A stretch of 64,000 nt of DNA from Nitrospinales bacterium (lineage in GTDB: Bacteria; Nitrospinota; Nitrospinia; Nitrospinales; VA-1). The position numbers and the translations under genes are program-made. The stretch lies in contig CBDCXL010000002.1 of assembly GCA_965223795.1 (NCBI GenBank), positions 1,056,001-1,120,000 of the forward strand, read 5' to 3'. Below the pieces are notes generated by a model. That model did no database searches. It had not been told where the DNA came from and saw only the letters and a program-made list of their open reading frames with translations. Of this stretch, positions 60,062-64,000 are shown piece after piece (the first letter of the stretch is position 1; each line of letters opens with the position of its first letter).

Positions 60062-60832
60062 TCAGGAATCGAAAAAGTCGCCGGTCATGCGGTCGAGCTG
60101 GATGGGGAAGGAGAACACGGACTTGCGCGGGATGCCGATTTCATCGAGCAGCTGCACGAAGAAAAAATAGTTCATGCTCTGTTTCAGATTGTCGAGCGCC
60201 TTCGTGACGACAGCGGGATCGTGCGCGATGGGCACGAGTTGTTCGCAAAGTTCGGCCGCGTTCCACGCCTGGCCGCGCGGCATCTTGAGCAGCCGTGTGG
60301 TGCGGGCCACCTGCTGCACGTTGGCGCGCCGCCGCTCTTCCTGTCTTTCGAGTTTCAGGTACTTGATGCATTTTTCCCTGAGCAGCAGCCCCCGTTCCCA
60401 GGGTCCCGCCTCTTCCCAGTCCACGAACAGCGCCTTGCCGGTGCGCGAGTGCTTGAGATCCTGTTTCAGAGACTTCTGCAGCTCGCGGTACTTCGCCTTT
60501 TTGAGCGCTTCGGTTTCCTTGCGGAGTTCGAGTTCCTTTTCCCATTCTTCCCAGCGGAACTTGCGATCTTCGTCGCGCTTCGCTTTCCATTTGCGGTAAC
60601 GCAGGGTGAGCACGTCCTCGTAGGTCATCGCGTCGAGTTCGTCGTACAGTGCCTTGGCACGGGAAAAATGAAGGGAGGAGGCTGCATCGACGAGCACGGC
60701 GTATTTTTCCGGGTCCTTTTCCTTCAGTTCATCGGCTTTGGGAACCACGTACAGCCAGTACAAAACGCCCGCCGTCACGCCGACCAGCGCGAACATGCCT
60801 GCAACGCCTTTGACCCAACCGGGAATCTGCAT
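60062..60832 (-). CDS. Hypothetical membrane-anchored helical protein
   Basis: N-terminal TM followed by K/E/R-rich helices. Confidence 0.75.
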   Translation of the reverse strand: MQIPGWVKGVAGMFALVGVTAGVLYWLYVVPKADELKEKDPEKYAVLVDAASSLHFSRAKALYDELDAMTYEDVLTLRYRKWKAKRDEDRKFRWEEWEKELELRKETEALKKAKYRELQKSLKQDLKHSRTGKALFVDWEEAGPWERGLLLREKCIKYLKLERQEERRRANVQQVARTTRLLKMPRGQAWNAAELCEQLVPIAHDPAVVTKALDNLKQSMNYFFFVQLLDEIGIPRKSVFSFPIQLDRMTGDFFDS

Positions 60833-60880
60833 CGACCCGCCCCGAAAGATTAAAATCCAAATAAAACAAACGCTTAATCC

Positions 60881-60908
60881 TTATCGACGGAATCCGGGAA
60901 AAGGTTGA
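60881..60908 (-). promoter_or_regulatory. sigma28-like promoter
   Basis: Minus strand TCAA-N16-GTCGATAA, 49 nt upstream of ATG 60832. Confidence 0.45.
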
Positions 60909-60991
60909 CCGGTTTTTTGGGCCTTCGGCGGAGAAAACGCGTTTCACGGCCCGGGCGTGGCTGTTTGAGGGAAGGCCGCGGAGGAGAAGGG

Positions 60992-62539
60992 TCAGTGCTT
61001 GAAGTGGCGCAGCCCGGTGAACACCATGGCGATGCCGTGTTCCTCGGCGGCTTTGATGACTTCTTCGTCGCGGATCGACCCGCCGGGCTGGATGATGGCG
61101 GCGACGCCGTGTTCAGCGGCCGCGTCGACGGAGTCGCGGAACGGGAAGAACGCATCGGAAGCCATCACGCAGCCTTTGAGCGGTTCGTTGGCTTTTTCCA
61201 CCGCCAGCCGGGCGGAATCGACCCGGCTCATCTGGCCGGCGCCGACGCCGAGGGTGGCGCCGTCTCTGGCGTAGACGATGGCGTTGGACTTGACGTGCTT
61301 GGCCACCACCCAGGCGAACAGCAGGTCCTGCATTTCGCGGCCGGTGGGCGCGCGCGAGGTGACGGTTTTCAGTTTGGCCGGATCGTGGGCGATGGCATCG
61401 AGATCCTGAACGAGGACGCCGCCGCCGATGCGCTTGAGGTCCGTTTCCCGGGACGGATTATCCGGCAGCGGCAGCTCCATAAGACGGATGTTCTTTTTGG
61501 AGGCGAACACCTCCAGCGCCTTGGGATCGAAACCGGGAGCGACGACGGCTTCGACGAAATTCTGGATGATCTCGCGCGCCAGCGTTTCGCCCACCGGGCG
61601 GTTGAATCCGAGGATGCCGCCGAACGCCGACACCGGGTCGGTTTCGCGCGCGCGCACGAACACCGCGTTCGCGTCGTCGCCGGTGGCCACGCCGCAAGGG
61701 TTGGAGTGCTTGATGATCACCGAAGCGGAACCTTCGAATTCCGTGACCAGCTCCCAGGCGGCGTTGAGATCGAGAAAATTGTTGAACGACAGTTCCTTGC
61801 CCTGCAGCTGCTTCGCGGCGACGATGTCGGAAGGCCGGGCGCGCACGCCGCGGTAAAGCGATGCGGCCTGGTGCGGGTTTTCACCGTAACGCAGGTCCTG
61901 AACTTTTTCGTAGGGTTCGATGTGCAGCGGCGGAAACGCACCGGGATCGAGCTGGCCACTCAGGTAGCGCGTGATGATGGCGTCGTAACGCGCAGTGTGG
62001 GCGTAGGCGTCGCGGCTCAACCGCTGCCGGGTTTTGGCGGTGAGGGCACCGTCGTGGGCCTGCATTTCCTGGATCACGACGTCGTAATCTCTGGGGCTCA
62101 CGACCACGGCGACGTCGTTGAAGTTTTTCGCGGCGGAGCGGATCATGGCCGGACCGCCGATGTCGATGTTCTCGACGGCGTCTTCCAGCGTGCAGTTTTC
62201 TTTTGCGATGGTGGCCTCGAACGGATACAGGTTGATGGCCACCAGGTCGATCGGCACGATGCCGTGCTCGCGCATCGCGTCGGTGTGCGCGGCGACGTCG
62301 CGCCTGCCCAGAATCGCGCCGTGGATCTTGGGATGCAGGGTCTTGACGCGGCCGTCCATCATTTCCGGGAATCCGGTGACATCGGAAACGGCGGTCACCG
62401 GCACTCCGTTTTCCTGGAGCAGCGAGGCGGTGCCTCCGGTGGACAGAATCTCAACGCCCTGGCCGTGCAGTTTTTTGGCAAACTCGGCCACGCCGGATTT
62501 ATCGGAAACGCTGATCAGCGCTCTTTTAATGGGTCCCAT
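60992..62539 (-). CDS. purH: Bifunctional AICAR transformylase/IMP cyclohydrolase
   Basis: [52 protein letters not shown]. Confidence 0.98.
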   Translation of the reverse strand: MGPIKRALISVSDKSGVAEFAKKLHGQGVEILSTGGTASLLQENGVPVTAVSDVTGFPEMMDGRVKTLHPKIHGAILGRRDVAAHTDAMREHGIVPIDLVAINLYPFEATIAKENCTLEDAVENIDIGGPAMIRSAAKNFNDVAVVVSPRDYDVVIQEMQAHDGALTAKTRQRLSRDAYAHTARYDAIITRYLSGQLDPGAFPPLHIEPYEKVQDLRYGENPHQAASLYRGVRARPSDIVAAKQLQGKELSFNNFLDLNAAWELVTEFEGSASVIIKHSNPCGVATGDDANAVFVRARETDPVSAFGGILGFNRPVGETLAREIIQNFVEAVVAPGFDPKALEVFASKKNIRLMELPLPDNPSRETDLKRIGGGVLVQDLDAIAHDPAKLKTVTSRAPTGREMQDLLFAWVVAKHVKSNAIVYARDGATLGVGAGQMSRVDSARLAVEKANEPLKGCVMASDAFFPFRDSVDAAAEHGVAAIIQPGGSIRDEEVIKAAEEHGIAMVFTGLRHFKH

Positions 62540-62545
62540 CAACGG

Positions 62546-62725
62546 TCAGATCCGTGGGGTTTTCTTTTTCGGAGGAGTTTTGCTGATCAACGAATCGGGA
62601 GTGAGCGCCTCGATGATCTTGAGCAGCCAGACAGGAAAGGACCCGATGGAGTCGAACAGCCGCGGTTCGTTTCTGGGCGGCGGCGGCACCTGATATTTCT
62701 TTGAATCCGGGTTTTGCTCGTTCAT
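62546..62725 (-). CDS. Small hypothetical protein (59 aa)
   Basis: GAGGA RBS, ATG 62725; stop 6 nt before purH start. Confidence 0.55.
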   Translation of the reverse strand: MNEQNPDSKKYQVPPPPRNEPRLFDSIGSFPVWLLKIIEALTPDSLISKTPPKKKTPRI

Positions 62726-62950
62726 GGTTTCCTCAGGGTTCCTGCCTTTGGCGGACGCTTTCCCGGCAGGGAAAAATACGGCGCGTTTGGATCGAGTTGG
62801 AAATAGTACTATTTTTTGCCCGCATTGCAAATAAAAAACCGTGGCCGGGCGCGGCGGTTTGCCGCTGTCCCGCGTGCCGGTTCCGCGCCGGGCTCAGGCG
62901 TTCAACCTGTTGATCTTGCGTGCGCAAATTCTGAATCTGAATCACGCGGG

Positions 62951-64000
62951 TCACGGCTGGATGCACAGGCCGTGGGTGTGCTTCCACTCGATGGGACCCT
63001 TGAAGTTCAGGCCGCCGAACTGTTCGGCGAGGTTCTGGGCGCATTCGGCCAGCAGCCCCTTGAGAAACTCCCGGTCGCTTTCGGTCCAGGCCATGGCGGA
63101 TTGCAATATCCTTCGATGGAAGGATTCGATCAGGTCTTCGTCGACGACCCGCTCTTCCCCCGCCTTGATCGGCAGGACAAAGATGGTTTCCAGGAAACTG
63201 CGCGCTGCGGGTTCGGAAAGCGGTTCGCATCCAACCTCCTGAAACAGCACGTAGCGCGCCAGCGCCGTGGTGACCCAGGTGATCATGTCGCTGTCGTCGT
63301 GATTTTCGGGAACCGCACAGCGGTCCAGGTACGCCTGCATCGCCGTTTCTGAAAGATCGAGAAACAGTTTTGAAAAACGGACGTAAAATTTCCAGCGCGC
63401 GAGAAACGCCTCCTGTCGGCGGATGTCGTCGAGGCTTTGAAAATCGCGGAAGATGAGCGGCTCGCCCGCTCCGGCGAATTCTCCCACCTGTGGAAACCGC
63501 ACGACGAGCGCCGCCAGTTGATCCTTGTCGCCTGGGGTCAAAATAAATTCCAGGTGTTTGCCGTGTTCCTTGATGAAGGCTTCGGCGTTCCATTTGAGAT
63601 GCATCACCGTGTGGTGCCCGGCCTGAAATAGAAACTGCAGCCAGGTTTTCTCAAGCAGCGCTTTGCCTTTGGCGGGATCGGAAGACGCGCCCGACTCCAG
63701 ACCGATGTCGATGTAGCCGACGACCTTGCGCACGGCGCGGCGGCGCTGCTCGCGGTTGGCGGGGTCGGCGCGGTCGGCGACGAGAACCTTGTTGGCGAGG
63801 TTGGCGAGTTCCCAGCCCATCTGGCGCAGCGTTCGGGAACCGGCGAGCCTGGGCAGGCAGCGGCCGAGAAAGCTCGTGGATTCGACTTCGGCCAACACGT
63901 ACTGCGGCGGCAGGCCGCTTTCCATTTCCTCGGGCAGCTCCTTTTTGAGGGGCGCGCTCTCGCGCAGCGTCTGCGGGTCGAGCTGATGGTAGACCTTGAG
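62951..64000 (-). CDS. DUF6178-like protein, 3' part; frame open to the right edge
   Basis: ELANLANKVLVAD, GYIDIGLE, LFQAG motifs. Confidence 0.7.
   Translation of the reverse strand, partial: LKVYHQLDPQTLRESAPLKKELPEEMESGLPPQYVLAEVESTSFLGRCLPRLAGSRTLRQMGWELANLANKVLVADRADPANREQRRRAVRKVVGYIDIGLESGASSDPAKGKALLEKTWLQFLFQAGHHTVMHLKWNAEAFIKEHGKHLEFILTPGDKDQLAALVVRFPQVGEFAGAGEPLIFRDFQSLDDIRRQEAFLARWKFYVRFSKLFLDLSETAMQAYLDRCAVPENHDDSDMITWVTTALARYVLFQEVGCEPLSEPAARSFLETIFVLPIKAGEERVVDEDLIESFHRRILQSAMAWTESDREFLKGLLAECAQNLAEQFGGLNFKGPIEWKHTHGLCIQP

Noticed and set aside
62726..62950. ZTP riboswitch upstream of purH
   Set aside because: No GACUGGCG / CGCCUGGGC pseudoknot pair in the right order

Overview
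High-GC (roughly 60% by eye) bacterial chromosome segment with about 55 CDSs. The gene mix (FGE-fold paralogs, TMTC-like TPR protein, HpnN-like MMPL, pentapeptide proteins, DUF6178, AroD/E fusion) suggests a Nitrospina-like organism, but that is inference. Housekeeping genes: leuCD, aroDE, mnmE-yidC-yidD-rnpA-rpmH (no dnaA adjacent), tyrS, hutH, lepA-lepB, gcvT-H-PA, tatA, nadK, purH. I saw no rRNA, tRNA, CRISPR, integrase, transposase or reverse transcriptase. The most unusual region is 10.6-18 kb, an atypical flagellar-accessory island: a divergent FliD-like cap with Ca-binding repeats, a divergent flagellin broken by an 11-nt insertion in a palindrome, FlgN/FlgM-like genes, a sensor-less sigma54 activator, and face-to-face sigma28 promoters enclosing a candidate small RNA. 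Other highlights: a sigma54-driven sRNA candidate with an anti-Shine-Dalgarno loop (5.5 kb), a BNR-propeller plus ubiquitin-like (GG) gene pair, a Rieske-fold protein lacking both His ligands, a FlgT/TsaP-like-Pal fusion, and a +1 frameshift in lepB that is probably a sequencing error.
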